From Tubulanus polymorphus (lineage: Eukaryota > Animalia > Nemertea), in NCBI RefSeq assembly GCF_964204645.1, contig NC_134028.1:18917653-18981652 (forward strand): DNA of 64,000 nucleotides, read 5' to 3'. The notes beneath the pieces are model-generated. The model worked only from the letters and a program-made list of their open reading frames with translations. It was not told where the DNA came from and searched no databases. The position numbers were made by a program, and so were the translations under genes. The first letter of the stretch is position 1. Each line of letters begins with the position of its first letter. Below, in pieces: positions 31,728 through 45,036 of the stretch.

Positions 31728-32183
31728 CAGGCGCGGATCCAGACTATCGCACATGCAGCACGTGCGGTAGTCGCAGTTTTCAAATGCCCTTGATAAATCT
31801 ATGTTTCGGGAAAAAAAGTAAATAAAAGGGCACACAATTTGTGCGTCATAAAAAAATAATTGCCTTTCTGTACAAGGCCTAAAGCGAAATGTGGATGAAA
31901 TAAATTGCCCAAAATCATAAAAGGCAATCTAAGGCATTTTTTACTCAAAAGGGCACTATTCTAAAAAATAAATTATTGTCGCTCTATAAATTTAATCGAG
32001 AAAAGGCAAATTTTGACCAAATATCTAAAAAAGGCTAAAAGCGAATTGAATGTGAAGACACATTTAGTGGCATGACACGATTACACTCAAACACGCTCGC
32101 TGGGCATTAATACTGGCCCTTTTCAAAGTTGGTGCCCTTTTTCACTGTGCTGTAGTCACTGTATGGCCCTGGATCCGCGCCTG
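31728..32183. mobile_element. hAT-type MITE with 5-bp TSD
   Basis: CCAAT|CAGGCGCGGATCCAG ... CTGGATCCGCGCCTG|CCAAT. Confidence 0.8.
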
Positions 32184-32484
32184 CCAATGTATGGCCGCTG
32201 AAGCTAAAACACCAGGGCGTAGTATTAGATCGTTTTAAATCCTGGAATTTACCGCTACAATATTCAGACCTCGACCTATACCTATAGTTTGGTGCTTAGT
32301 ATTTACAGGTCACAAGAAATTACAATTTATTACAAATTCTATCAAACAGAAAACACAGCGCTCATCTTCTGCTATGACGAGTATTCAGCCTGTTATCATA
32401 CCAAACGTGCACGCGCCAAGCAGCGTTACAGCATCTCCATATAGTAGTCTGTATGAGCGTGTGTTTGTGTGTGCAACAGTCTAA

Positions 32485-33286
32485 AGGCTGGCTTTATGTC
32501 GACAAGCAACGCGACGCCTACCAACTCCTACCGACGCAACTGAGAGCAACCGCGATCGCAGCCCAGCTTATGTCGACTGCGCTCCGATTTGCAGCAACTG
32601 AGGCCGACTAGCGGGATACGAGATCCTCCCAGTTGCTTCCCTGCTTGTCGGTTGCGATTACTAGCAACTGCAACGGCTCAAATGGTCATGTGATAAGCAT
32701 TTTGAGAATAAATTTGAATTATTAGGAAATATAATTCTATTAGAAAAGCTATTTCTTTAAGACTTTGATCTTTCTGATTCTGTTTTGAATACAACGTGCT
32801 AGCGACATCATATAGATGGCCGCTCACACCATAATTCTACCAATTTCGTTTCTAGATCTTAGGTCCAGTCCTCTACCGTGCTGAAGGTTTGGTTTACGTT
32901 TTGAACTACTTGAATTTGAAAGTTTATGACGAATGACGCTAACTAGCGGTGATAATTTGTACTATGTATATGCGGTCTCTCATTGGCTGGAACCCCTGCG
33001 CTCAGTTCCGTCGCGTCGCAGATGAGCTTATGTCGGTTGCGATCGAAAGCAACTTTCGTGTCGGTTGCGATCGAAAGCCTATCGTAGGCCGGAGTAGAAC
33101 ATGGGCAACTAGCCGGATACGGCTTGCGACGAGTCGGTAGGCGTCGGGTTGCCGTCGCAAGCCGGCTTATGTCGAACCGATAGAGCAGCAACTGGCGGCC
33201 TCTCGTAGGCCGCTAGTTGCCGCTAATCGGCGATAAACCCAGTTGCGTCGGTAGGCGTCGCGTTGCATGTCGACATAAGCCAGTCT
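32485..33286. mobile_element. PIF/Harbinger-like MITE
   Basis: TAA|AGGCTGGCTTTATGTCGACAAGCAACGCGACGCCTACC ... GGTAGGCGTCGCGTTGCATGTCGACATAAGCCAGTCT|TAA. Confidence 0.8.
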
Positions 33287-34603
33287 TAATGTTTAGCACT
33301 CCCGTCCCGCGCACGTGGAGGCCTTGTGTAGTGAACGCTCGCTTCACTTCAATCTCAATCAACGGGTATTTAAACGAAACAATACCTATGGCGATATGTG
33401 TAATAATTATATTCTCACCAGCAATGAGCATTTAAAATTCACACTTAGTCCAATGAAACGTTCGCCATAAATGGCTTCCCCATAATTATTTTAGTAGGGC
33501 CGGAATTCCCCGTATATCCCAAAAACAGCCAATCACATTCGCTCGTAAAGACGACGCCCGACAATCGAGGTCATTGCAATTTTATACGCAAGAGCTAAGA
33601 ATTTTCCCGCCAAAAACATTTTTTCGTCGAATTTAAACAGAGTTGACCAAGTCATCGACGGAGGTTCGTCATGTCTTCAATCGCAACGATTATACGTCGT
33701 TTAACCCGAGAACCAATGAAAAAATGCTCACATAAAAAAACATACCGCGATTTTACATGAATTGGCTCAATGCCAACCTCATCCTGCTGACAAAGGTAAA
33801 CCAAAAAGTAATGTACAGGGTAGATAGGCGGTCAGCCGGGTCAACTTTTAATCTCAGCAGAGCGGAGAAACAAGGTGTCAATTTTTTTTTAGCCTTAACT
33901 ATGAAGAAAACCTATTTTGATTATACCTGAGTTGTAGTTCATTATATGTCTCCATTTTTCGTGTGCGCAGCCAATCACACGTGACCGGACTTTTGTTCTA
34001 GCCAATGATGCTTAATCATGAATTCAGTCGGCATCGAGTTGGAAAAAACCAATAAAACTTACACTGATAATGCGTGTACAGTGCACGTTTTATTAGCCTT
34101 ATTCACGCAATCTGTATAGCACATATGACCTCACACGCATAGTCGTTGCCCGATCAGAAAATTTGCGCACCCGCTATTCATTTTGTAAACTCATATATTT
34201 ATTCAATTCATTGTTAAAATAACATTTTCTGGTATATGGGTTAGTTAACTATTGAATGAGATCATAATAAGAATTTGATGAATAGGCTACACAATATCCG
34301 TGTAAGAGGAATATACAAGAAAAATCCCACAATCATTTAGCCAAAGATGTAAAGTTCTTGAAAACAGCAACGTTTCGACAGACTATTAGCCATCAAATAG
34401 TCTCTAGTTGAAACAATGCTTAAATATATACATATACATAAATATTTTTGTGTCTGCACAACATAACATAAATTCCAAACTGGTAAATGGTATTAACCAT
34501 TTGTCCAGACCCAATATCTATGCAAAGTGGAAACAATCCAACAAGACAGATATCTATTTACAATACATGGTTAAGGTGTTAGAGAAATGTGATGAATTGT
34601 GTA

Positions 34604-35232
34604 TCAGTTTCTCCCAAGTCTCTGTCCACCACCACCACCACCGCCCGTAGGGGGTCTTCCTCTTGAAGGCAGTTGACCTCCTCTTTGACCTTGCTGTCCC
34701 CCATTTCGTCCTTGACTCAGCTTACTGACAGCGAATAGTAAACCACAGAACAGTAGTCCTCGCACTCCCATTATTAACCCAGCCAATACAAAACCCGTGG
34801 TAACTATAGGTTCAACAGTATATTGTCGGACGTTGAAACGGGGTATTCCGACATCTAACAACTTCTGATTTAAAGTATCAAAAACTGATGCCGCTCCTCC
34901 TCCAGCCGCTGCCTCTGGCTGTTGCTGAGGATCATCGTGTTGAATTTGTTGAATATTAGCCTATAAAAAACAGATAGTTATTATATAACTACATTCATTG
35001 TGTACACTTAGAGGATTCTAGATTAATCGGTCTACACGTATTAAGACTGGTTGCGCTGCAGGTCATGTTAAACTCAGAATCAATCTTACAAGTGTAGATA
35101 CTCTAAATTTGTACATTTGTGGACAGCACACTGCCTGATGAAACTTACCCGCCGTTGTTCTGGACCTGTTGACCGTCGTAACCGAGGATCGTCATCTTGA
35201 ACAATTTCACCAGAGCTCAGAATACGCACCAT
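34604..35232 (-). CDS. FAM241: FAM241-family (DUF4605) small membrane protein, about 146 aa, 2 coding exons
   Basis: Exon 35232-35149 encodes MVRILSSGEIVQDDDPRLR, matching the FAM241B N-terminus MVRILANGEIVQDDDPR, and ends at a GTAAGT donor. Exon 34960-34604 encodes ...SVFDTLNQKLLDVGIPRFNVRQYTVEPIV...MGVRGLLFCGLLFAVSKLSQ plus a G/Q-rich tail. An acceptor-like TTTAG just upstream of the ATG suggests a non-coding first exon. Confidence 0.9.
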
Positions 35233-36863
35233 TTTCCCCAACGTAACTAAAGTTAATACAAAGAAATATGTTTACGCAAAAGAAATAGACATTGACATTG
35301 TCATCAACCTCCCTGGAGTTGGGAGCAGGCATACTAAACCCTTAGCTGCAACTGATGATCCAGGGACACGGTCGAGGGTAGCACAACTTATAAAAAGGGC
35401 ATTTTGAAATAAAAAGGGCATTCTGAAAATTTGCTTTTTGCTGCAATTTCCAAGCAATTCAGTCCTGACACGAAGTGCTCTCTAGCAAATTAACTGCATT
35501 GAGATGTAGTTTCCAGGTAATAAATAAAAAATCTTGAAGAATTATGTGCTTTTTGTTTAAAATTATCTACCTCGTCTTGTAAAAAAGTGCCCTTTTCTAA
35601 TTAGGGCATTAAAAAAACGCAGTGAGATTTTACCACTACTACGTGCCTACAGTGCAACCGTCTGAATCTGCGCCTGAGTGCATGTCATAGGTCTATGTTT
35701 TATTTGTTACACAACTGTTGACGGCACTAGCCGCAGCGCAGTACAATCAATCCAATGATTCACTGTCAAATCAAATGATTCACTGTTTGGCTGTAAAAAC
35801 TAGTTAGTTACCTTATCGTTGGTGGTAAGCTTTTTATAATCAGATGAGCTTATACCAACCTTAGGGATGACAAGGGTCAAAACACGGTCGAAAAAAGTAA
35901 CACTTCAAAAATATACTTTCTATTGACTTCAGTCCACAATTAATGGCTTAATTCACAAACTAACACAGGTACCTTTCGAAATTATCCAATACTATGTATG
36001 TTTCGAGTGATTAATCAACATTATTTTGAGAAATTAATTAATTTCACCACCAATTTCGCCATTGGCCGCCATTTCTCTGTATTGCATACATGTGGCATGA
36101 TAGACAAGGTGACCTACAAGGATTTTTATAAAACTTCCAGGACGAAACGACAATTTTTATTTTTGATGGTTTTCCGACTTATATTTCAAACCTTCGTGTT
36201 TTCCATAATAAAGAATGTTAAAATAAATTCTGGTTTAAGAAAAATGTGAATTAGTGTTGATTTCTTAATTTTTTCAATTTCGTCGTTTCGTTAGTTTGTG
36301 TTGTGGGCCTGGCCTCAGTCCACAGGTGCCAGCACCCTCCACACTTTTTCAAAATGACCGCCGTTGAATCAACGGAAATTTGCTCTCACTTTTTGGCCGA
36401 TTTGCACATGGATTAAGATCGTCAGGTGAGGTAGGTATCAAACAAACTACGAATCTGTTGTGCGTTGATAACAATAAAAATTAGACGGATATCATAAGAG
36501 ACAATGAAATGCCAGGTAAATTACGAAAATATCCGATCGTGAAACTAAACCAGTCAGGTTACTGACTACTGTAGAAACAAGCATGAATCGTATAGTATTT
36601 CGATTTGACAGCAGGTGGCAGCGTCTTACACCAAAAAATTGGAGTGAAATAACCTTCCCGCCCCATGGCCATATCAGTATATATCGGGTGGGACATCAAT
36701 GGCGCCACATCATCAATAATATCATCGGCCGACGGGCGGTCCCTTTTTTTCTGTGTGTGTGGTTGGTTGTTAAGTTACAGATCCTGTCTGGTGAATTCCA
36801 TTATTAACCTTAGTTAGTTACCTAATCGTTGGTGGTAAGCTTTTTATAATCAGATGAGCTTAT

Positions 36864-38331
36864 CAGTCAGGAACACTTTCCAAAAACGGCTTATTCTGCC
36901 AATTTCGGCGTTTTCCGCCAATAACGGCGGAATCAGCCATTTATGGATTACTCAGTTTTAAACTGCTTCTGCCAATTTAGCCGAAATCGGCGTTTTCTGC
37001 CATTTTTGGCTTGTTCTTAAAAAACGCCATTTCCGCGGTTTTCAGCTGTTACAGTTTTTAAAACTACATCGCCAGAAACGCGTTTTAGCTTAGATAGTTT
37101 TACAGGTGCTATTTATAGTGCTTAGTTCGATGGGAGTCCCTATTATGACATCATCGCTTTTCTGCTGGCATACATTTGTATATTTGCGCCGAAAAATTAA
37201 TCTCATTGATCCATTCCAGGCTTCAAGAAAGAATCAAATATAAATGTACGGGTTTCCGATGGCAAATGTATTTGAATTCTGTTCTTTCTGTATACCTGTA
37301 TTCTATGTAATAAATATATACATACATGTATCCCAAATTGTTTCGAAAATGTTTGTTTTATTTTGAAATGAATCTAGATACAGCTGTATTGATTTTGAGT
37401 GTTGTAACGTCATAGGCCACCAATTCATTCAATCACTACCCATCACAAGTCCAATTAGCTGGGAGGCATCGAAGATGTTAATTACCTTCAATTAACCAAC
37501 ATCATATGCAGTCCAATATATCCCTCAACCATTCTATGCTTTATTAGGCAAGATAAGACCATGGGCAAAACTTAAAACTAGATTTTTGATACACTAGTTT
37601 ATACATGATCCATGATTGATTTGTCTTATGAGAATGATAATTATAATAATTATCTTTATTATATAATATTTACACATCCGTTCACCTCAGCAAATTAATT
37701 ATTTTATTCCGAAAAAAAGTACCGTGTAGACACTAGGGAAAACGTCTAAGCGGGTGGGGGAATCCTCTTATATAACAAGTGGACTGCCAATAATGGCTTA
37801 ATAGTTTATGATTATAAAACTAGCTACGCCAAAAACGGCGGAATACGCCAGAAATGGCGAATGTTTTTATGTGTACCCATGGCAACGTTTAATTGAAAAC
37901 TTTATAATAGTTTTTAAAACTAGTTCCCAAATTTATTTTTAACAAAAATCATGATTAATAAACTTGTTTCATGCTGTAGTAGTTTTGAGAGTTTTCCCGG
38001 AGTTTTTGGGCTGCATATGACGTAATCATTTAGAAAAACGTGAATTTGACCACTTTACCTAGCTCAAAAATTTCCATCCAAGCGTCATATGAAAGCTTAT
38101 CGTCTGCTCGAGATTATGACGTAATCGGCAACATGCGCTAATTTGACCGGAAGTGCGCAAAAAACTTTAAAGCAAAACTCGAAACTTAGTGAGCTGAAAC
38201 TGGCTGATTAAGCCATAAACGACTGTAAAAGTTTCAAAACTGAGTGATCCATAAACGGCTGATTCTGCCGTTATTGGCGGAAAACGCCGAAATTGGCAGA
38301 ATAAGCCGTTTTTGGAAAGTGTTCCTCACTG
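36864..38331. mobile_element. Non-autonomous DNA transposon with ~100-bp near-perfect TIRs
   Basis: CAGTCAGGAACACTTTCCAAAAACGGCTTATTCTGCCAATTTCGGCG... is mirrored by ...CGCCGAAATTGGCAGAATAAGCCGTTTTTGGAAAGTGTTCCTCACTG. The 9-bp flanks match only partly (TGAGCTTAT / CTAACTTAT). Confidence 0.8.
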
Positions 38332-40973
38332 CTAACTTATAGGCCTATACCCCATACCATACCAATCGTCCAACAATGTGGTTTGTGAAAATATCCGATC
38401 GTGAAACTAAACCACAGTCAGGTTACTGACTACATTAACCTCTGCCCAATGCGGTAGTGAACCTGATACAAAACGCTCGATAAGTTCGATGCATTACCTA
38501 ATTAATTGATGAGAAATTTCTTATGATGAGGTGGCACATTTTTCAATCACTCATGGGCGCTGCCATATTGTTCGTTTGTGTGACAGCGCCAAGAAAGGGG
38601 TAGCTCCGAGAATATACAAATCAGGGCACCCATATCTCAGCAGCGCTCTCATATCCAAATCGGTGAATGTGTCGAGGCAGCCGGAGCCGCGAAATATCCA
38701 TATCTGGGAATTTATTCAATTTTCATCGCTAAAACGCTTTATCAAACGCACTATTCGACGAAATAAAGTAACTTTATAATACAAATTAATACTTTTGACC
38801 CATGATATCCAAATGAGGGCAGCAGTCAACCGGACTGAAACCAATGAAATAGTGTGAGCCGGCATTTTAAGCTCTTTATTTTCATTAAACATAATCTGTT
38901 GAATTAATTAGCGATTCATTCTTTCGCCGTAGTTCGAGATAAAATGCAAAATAAGAATCTTAAGAAACCAGGGCTGACCGAAAATTGCCCACGGATAAAA
39001 TTTCCAAACGACAAAATTCAATCATGTTTGGTATCAAATCATATTCATAACTGTCTGGTCTAGTATCTAACTGACCAATGAATGACCAGTACTGGCCATA
39101 TAGTAAATCATCTGTTTTGTAAGTAACAAAGTTGTCTGGCGTCAAACGGCTAGATATGATGTGGGTATTTGGTCAGTTCTGGTTAGCACTGGTCACTGTC
39201 AGTACTGGTCAAGCATTGGTCAGGTTAAACAATTTTTAGCAAAAAGTTTGAGGAAATTTTGGGAAGATTTTTGGCCTCGTTAACCTGTGAACACGTCCAT
39301 CATATTTTCTAAGACCGACCCTTGAAATAATGCTGAGAGTTCCTAAGAAAAATATGGTAGGATGTGAGACTTCGGCTGCTTCGTTTCCATGGAAGGTACC
39401 TAATTATTGATGTATACACAATAATCTAGACTACCATAAGACTTGATAGAATATCGTTTGATCTTGCGTTGCCTACACGAATAGTCCTCATATGAAAATA
39501 GATATTACTTTAATATATTTACTTCTTATTCTGTATATTTCTATGGCTAGTCTAAATAATAAAGAGTGGATCAGCAGGTCACCTGAGACCATTCAACGAT
39601 CGGTAAGTTGCCCAAAGTAAGTAAGAGTTTACCAGTGGATAGTTTACATTAATAATGGCAATTAAAACTTCATTGCTAAAATAACTTTGTATTTGTAGAA
39701 TAGTCGTCACACTCAAATGCGGAGAATTGATATTACATGTACGATTAAAACTCGCTGTGTACAAAGTCAAAAGATGATCTCTATAGTGAGATCGAACGTC
39801 GTGTCGTTATTTTTGATTGATAAACCATGGTTTGAAATTTGTAATGTGTACAGGATAGTGGATCTTTTTCATATTAACAGTATATTATTCACACTGGTCA
39901 GAGTTCTCAGCTCCACGGAATTTTGAGGATGGGGAGCAATAGAAAACAAACCGGGATCTGATATCACCAAGCCAAACCCTGTTATGCGTTAAAATGCGGT
40001 TCTATTTTTTTCAATCCATTCCTACTACATAGAATATTTCAACTAGAATCCACTCGTGACCCACTAGAACTCAAACGACATGCACCACTCAAGATCCAAA
40101 CGAAGACTGGTCACTACGTATGGAATATTATTCACACTGGTCATTGTTCTCAGCTCCGCGGTATTTGGAGGATGGGGAGCAATATAAAACAACCGTGGTC
40201 CTTACCAACTGACCACAGCCCCTACTCCCTTCCCCTACCACATTTAATAAGCCCTCAATCACACAAATAATCCCCAACCCCACAAATAAAGCCCAACCCT
40301 ACAAAACCCTAACCTCCACTCAAAAACCGACTGAAATGAGGAGCTAATATAACTAATGGAACATACACGCGAACACTTTTAAAACGACTGACATCATCAC
40401 TCCGCAGTATCCACTGCTAGGGACACATGGGCATTTACTCAATGAAATGCTGTCCCATATCACGTCACCACTCTGTTGTGATGCCTTTCAACACTGTTGG
40501 CTTTCAAAACCATAACTGAAATCATTTGACTGTTTCATTTCATTGAAACTAGGACTACCGGACTGATCCACAAACAATCACACACAAAATTGAGTCACCG
40601 GGAATGTACCGGTAAGTTTAGCAAAAATAATATACATGTATACTTTTAATCGCGCTGTTGTTTTAATTCACCATAAATTAATTATTACTCACACAATCAG
40701 TTAGACATCTGTCAATTCGACACCTGTGATAACAGTTTGTTTTGTAATTAATTGTGTGCTCAAACATGTCTGTCAACTTTTATAGTATTATATAAATAGA
40801 ATGTAAATCCATGAACAGTAGTTGAGTTTGAGACGAGTCTTGGAGCCTGATACATCTTGCAGGCAAATTCACAAGCTACTCGATTGAGAATCTACAGAAT
40901 AAAATCGTCTACGTTTAGTGCTGAAAACTACTAGCTTTCTCATTGCTGCATAACCCAGGATTTAATCGTAGCT

Positions 40974-41748
40974 GGAGCTTCCCCGAAAGACGAGTTAGAA
41001 CAATTAGTTTTGTTAAAATACCACCAGGCACCTCAGAATTGGACTATTAATGCCGAAGAAGGATGTATCAAAGTTTCACTGACATGGACAGTCCAGTCAT
41101 CGAAGCCTTCGAAAGCGGTGAAATCGATGTCTACTCTGAATCGGGACCGTAGACGTATGCAGGAATTCCTGAACCGAAGGATGCTGAAAACAGAAGTTCC
41201 GAAGTCAACGAAATCAGATAACGCTACCATGGACACAGCGGTCATGACTGTCAACGCGATGCATGAGATAGGATCTCAGACAGTTGAGGACGTCATAACT
41301 ACCGCTGAAATAAAGAAATTGGAAGAAACCTCGCAGAAACTTTCAGGTGAACTTGTCGATTTGAAGGTCAATTTTAGAATCAAAAGAAAGAACTATTATT
41401 GGACAACAAAAAGAAATCTTTGGACTACAATCAAAATTGGATAAATTAAAAATGCGAAATTATCCGTGTCATTGCGCTAAAGATCCGAAAAACACTCAAA
41501 CATGCGAAGATAAATTAACTGATATCGGGGCTCTTTACGAAGCAGACCAACCGAAAATCATGGCTGCAAAACGATCAGGAATATTATATGAGGTCCGGGT
41601 ACAAGATCCAATCTCGAGAAAATATGCTGATTTCTTTGTGCACTGGGGACAATCATTATCATCAGTTTTCTATGACATTTTGAACAGATACGATTTAGAT
41701 ATAAAATCATTCACCTATCGCGAACCAAATTCCAAAAATAAATGCTAG
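40974..41748 (+). pseudogene. Uncharacterised intronless coiled-coil protein, copy 1, with one frameshift near 41372
   Basis: ORFs 41010-41444 and 41437-41748 join through a 1-nt shift in AATTTTAGAA, giving ...LESKERTIIGQQKEIFGLQSKLDKLKMR.... It is homologous to copy 2. No clear ATG. Confidence 0.55.
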
Positions 41749-42423
41749 GATATTGATCGAAATACTTCATTGTGCTCGTTACATGAATGGAATCATCAAA
41801 CACTTATGGGATAAAAAGGGTAGAAATATAGTTTGGTTAGGAATGAGATTTTGATTACCTTGTGAATGATCGATACTTTTAATGTATATATAAATATTGT
41901 TCTCAAATTGACAATTCTTCATTAAATTCATTTCATCTAATTTTCCGGGACGAAAACTTTCAGAAAGAAGTGGGGGATGATTTAACAACATTAAATGTCA
42001 CTGATAATTGTTATACATATTTCATCTATATTTCGTATTTCTTTATTGTTTTATGTCTCCATCTTATTACTCATTGTCTTCTGAGACTGTTTGTCTGTGT
42101 CAGAATGTGTTAATTGTTGTTTGTCTCACTGTCATGTCACTACTCGTCACCTTTGTTTTTGTATCATTTTCCATATCTCCACCTGTCTCGTATCTCAATG
42201 TATATAAATAGTTTGTGTGTAAAAATAAATCAGCCCAGTTTTGGTATTCCAAACTGATAGTTCGCTCGTTACTCTTTCGCTCTGTTCCGGATTTCCAACG
42301 TCGACCATTCTTCGAGAATAGGACAGAAAATAGTTTTGCTAAATTGGTGGTTGAACCGGGCACGACTCTGTACCTACAGAAAAAAAACCTCTTCCAAGTT
42401 CCTCAAGTGCACTACAACAAAAG

Positions 42424-42984
42424 ATGAATTCTCTTCCACAAGCCGTGATCGTAGCTCCGCAAGAAGCTGGTTATTCAGACAAGCCAAAATCTTGGAGCAT
42501 CCATACAGATGAAGAAAGCATCCGAGTAAACTTGACATAGGGTCAACAGAATGAGTTTCAGTCTCGATCGAAACCGCGTTGGATTAAACCACCTTCTACA
42601 CTGAGGAGAGATCAACAGAGAATGCAGGATTTCATCACCAAAAGAAGGGCACAGGAAAATAATCGCCCTGAATCGAAGACTTCTGAAACCTCTGCCACGG
42701 TCAGTACAGCTAGTGTTATATGTAAACCGTTGACCGTGAATTCTGCTGCCATGGCTGTCTGTTCTACGAAAGATGCTGATACCCAAACCAATTGTGAGTT
42801 GATTTCTCTTGAAGTTGTGTCTGAGCGAGAGAACTGTCTCAGAAAAGATTTTGAGAGAGTGTCAAATGATCTAAGTGACCTCGCTACGGAAATTAGTGCG
42901 AAAAATAAAACAATCGAAGGACAACGGAAAGAGATATATGGATTGCAATTAAAGATCTGGTCTGGTGAATCACAATTGCGTTGA
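42424..42984 (+). pseudogene. Uncharacterised intronless coiled-coil protein, copy 2, with an in-frame TAG and a truncated 3' end
   Basis: The ATG at 42424 is in frame with ORF 42622. A TAG at 42538-42540 replaces the Trp seen in copy 1 (VSLTW versus VNLT-stop). Confidence 0.55.
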
Positions 42985-44580
42985 AAACTGCCCATCTTTA
43001 AATATTTTCAAACGGAGGGTACTTAGGGACAGATGGCATTCCATCTGAGACATTATGGGTGACTCCAACAAACCTCAGCATTACGAAAAGCTGTCTGTGT
43101 CCATTTTGGCCCCTCTGCATATATTGATTCTTACCAGTCCCCAAAAAAGTCTAGGTCCAGGAACACCCTTCCTCCCTCTAGGCCTAAGTCCCTCAACTCA
43201 GATGGACGAGCTAACGCCTATGTCTGCTTTTTACCTCATTTAACCACTGCCAGCCTCCTTGGTGAGAGAACCAGATTAACATAACTCTCTCCACTTGGCT
43301 CACCAATAACACCTTTGTAAATGCATTTATGTTACTGCTGAAGTAGTATACTAGTTTTACTTATCCTATGTACTTTATTTACCGCGAACTTTTCATACAT
43401 ATATTATGTTAAATACTGAATGCTGTTTATCCTCTCGAAAGAATATTTTATGTATATATATAATGTCTTTATTCGCAATTTCCTGAACAGAAACGTGATG
43501 ATTTGTTCGAGTTCCTAGAAAATGACGTAGCACAGTACTCCCTATCCGGCCATTGTATTATTCTTGGGAGTTTCAATGCGAAAATGGCCAATGATCCTGA
43601 CTATTGTATTGTATCAAATTATAGTAACCAAGATCTAGTTTATGGGTTGAGTGTTCGCCCCTTACCTAGGAAACTCAAAGGGAAAATCATGCTGTTGATA
43701 CTTTTGGGGGAAAAGCTCCTAGATTTATGTAAAACTTCAGAACCGCCAACGGCCGTGTTTTAGCTGAGATCTGGTCTGGTGAATCACAATTGCGTTGAAA
43801 ACTGCCCATCTTTAAATATTTTCAAACGGAGGGTACTTAGGGACAGATGGCATTCCATCTGAGACATTATGGGTGACTCCAACAAACCTCAGCATTACGA
43901 AAAGCTGTCTGTGTCCATTTTGGCCCCTCTGCATATATTGATTCTTACCAGTCCCCAAAAAAGTCTAGGTCCAGGAACACCCTTCCTCCCTCTAGGCCTA
44001 AGTCCCTCAACTCAGATGGACGAGCTAACGCCTATGTCTGCTTTTTACCTCATTTAACCACTGCCAGCCTCCTTGGTGAGAGAACCAGATTAACATAACT
44101 CTCTCCACTTGGCTCACCAATAACACCTTTGTAAATGCATTTATGTTACTGCTGAAGTAGTATACTAGTTTTACTTATCCTATGTACTTTATTTACCGCG
44201 AACTTTTCATACATATATTATGTTAAATACTGAATGCTGTTTATCCTCTCGAAAGAATATTTTATGTATATATATAATGTCTTTATTCGCAATTTCCTGA
44301 ACAGAAACGTGATGATTTGTTCGAGTTCCTAGAAAATGACGTAGCACAGTACTCCCTATCCGGCCATTGTATTATTCTTGGGAGTTTCAATGCGAAAATG
44401 GCCAATGATCCTGACTATTGTATTGTATCAAATTATAGTAACCAAGATCTAGTTTATGGGTTGAGTGTTCGCCCCTTACCTAGGAAACTCAAAGGGAAAA
44501 TCATGCTGTTGATACTTTTGGGGGAAAAGCTCCTAGATTTATGTAAAACTTCAGAACCGTCAACGGCCGTGTTTTAGCTG
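42953..44580 (+). repeat. Near-perfect 814-bp tandem duplication
   Basis: 42953-43766 repeats at 43767-44580. ORF pairs 43055/43869 and 43503/44317 are offset by 814 bp, with one visible amino-acid difference (EPPT versus EPST). Confidence 0.93.
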
Positions 44581-44730
44581 ACTCCATGGGTAAATCTGCT
44601 TGTAACAACCACCATAGTGCACCAAATACTATTGGTTATTTAGTTGGAACTGAAGATTATTTTGAAATGTTGATATGTTGTATATTAATCCAACTTCTGC
44701 GCACTCTATTCATTGTAAGCTATCTACTCT
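44250..44730 (+). mobile_element. LINE (APE-type endonuclease) remnant, partly duplicated at about 43436-43766
   Basis: DDLFEFLENDVAQY...CIILGSFNA (GDFNA-like), GEKLLDLCKTS, a frameshifted NGRVLADSMGK, and an SDH-like SIHC downstream. Confidence 0.65.
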
Positions 44731-45036
44731 AATCTGCAACGATACAGTCGATTTACTAAATCGAAATCGAACACATACAAATAAATTTGATTTATAAATT
44801 TACGTATTTACGACAGCGATTTATCTAATCGATTCAGTTGATCAACTAACTTGCCTCGGTAAAACATAATGTTTTCAATTGTTTTGATGGAATCGTTCAT
44901 TCTAGCTGGAACTTCTTTATCCTGTGCAACCAATGGAAAATTCGAACGAGAGCAACATCAGTCACAACTACTTTTGAAATTGTTTTCACTTCTTTAATGC
45001 TTAGTATTGACAATTGAATACATGTGAAATCGGTTC

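Noticed and set aside
37560-37614. CATGG...CTAGTTTATACATGATCCATG as another P-like footprint
   Set aside because: The arms are too degenerate and the flanks (ATAAGAC / ATTGATT) do not form a TSD.
42341-42366. TGGTGGTTGAACCGGG as an LTR primer-binding site
   Set aside because: I cannot match it to a tRNA 3' end, and no paired LTR or gag/pol is visible.
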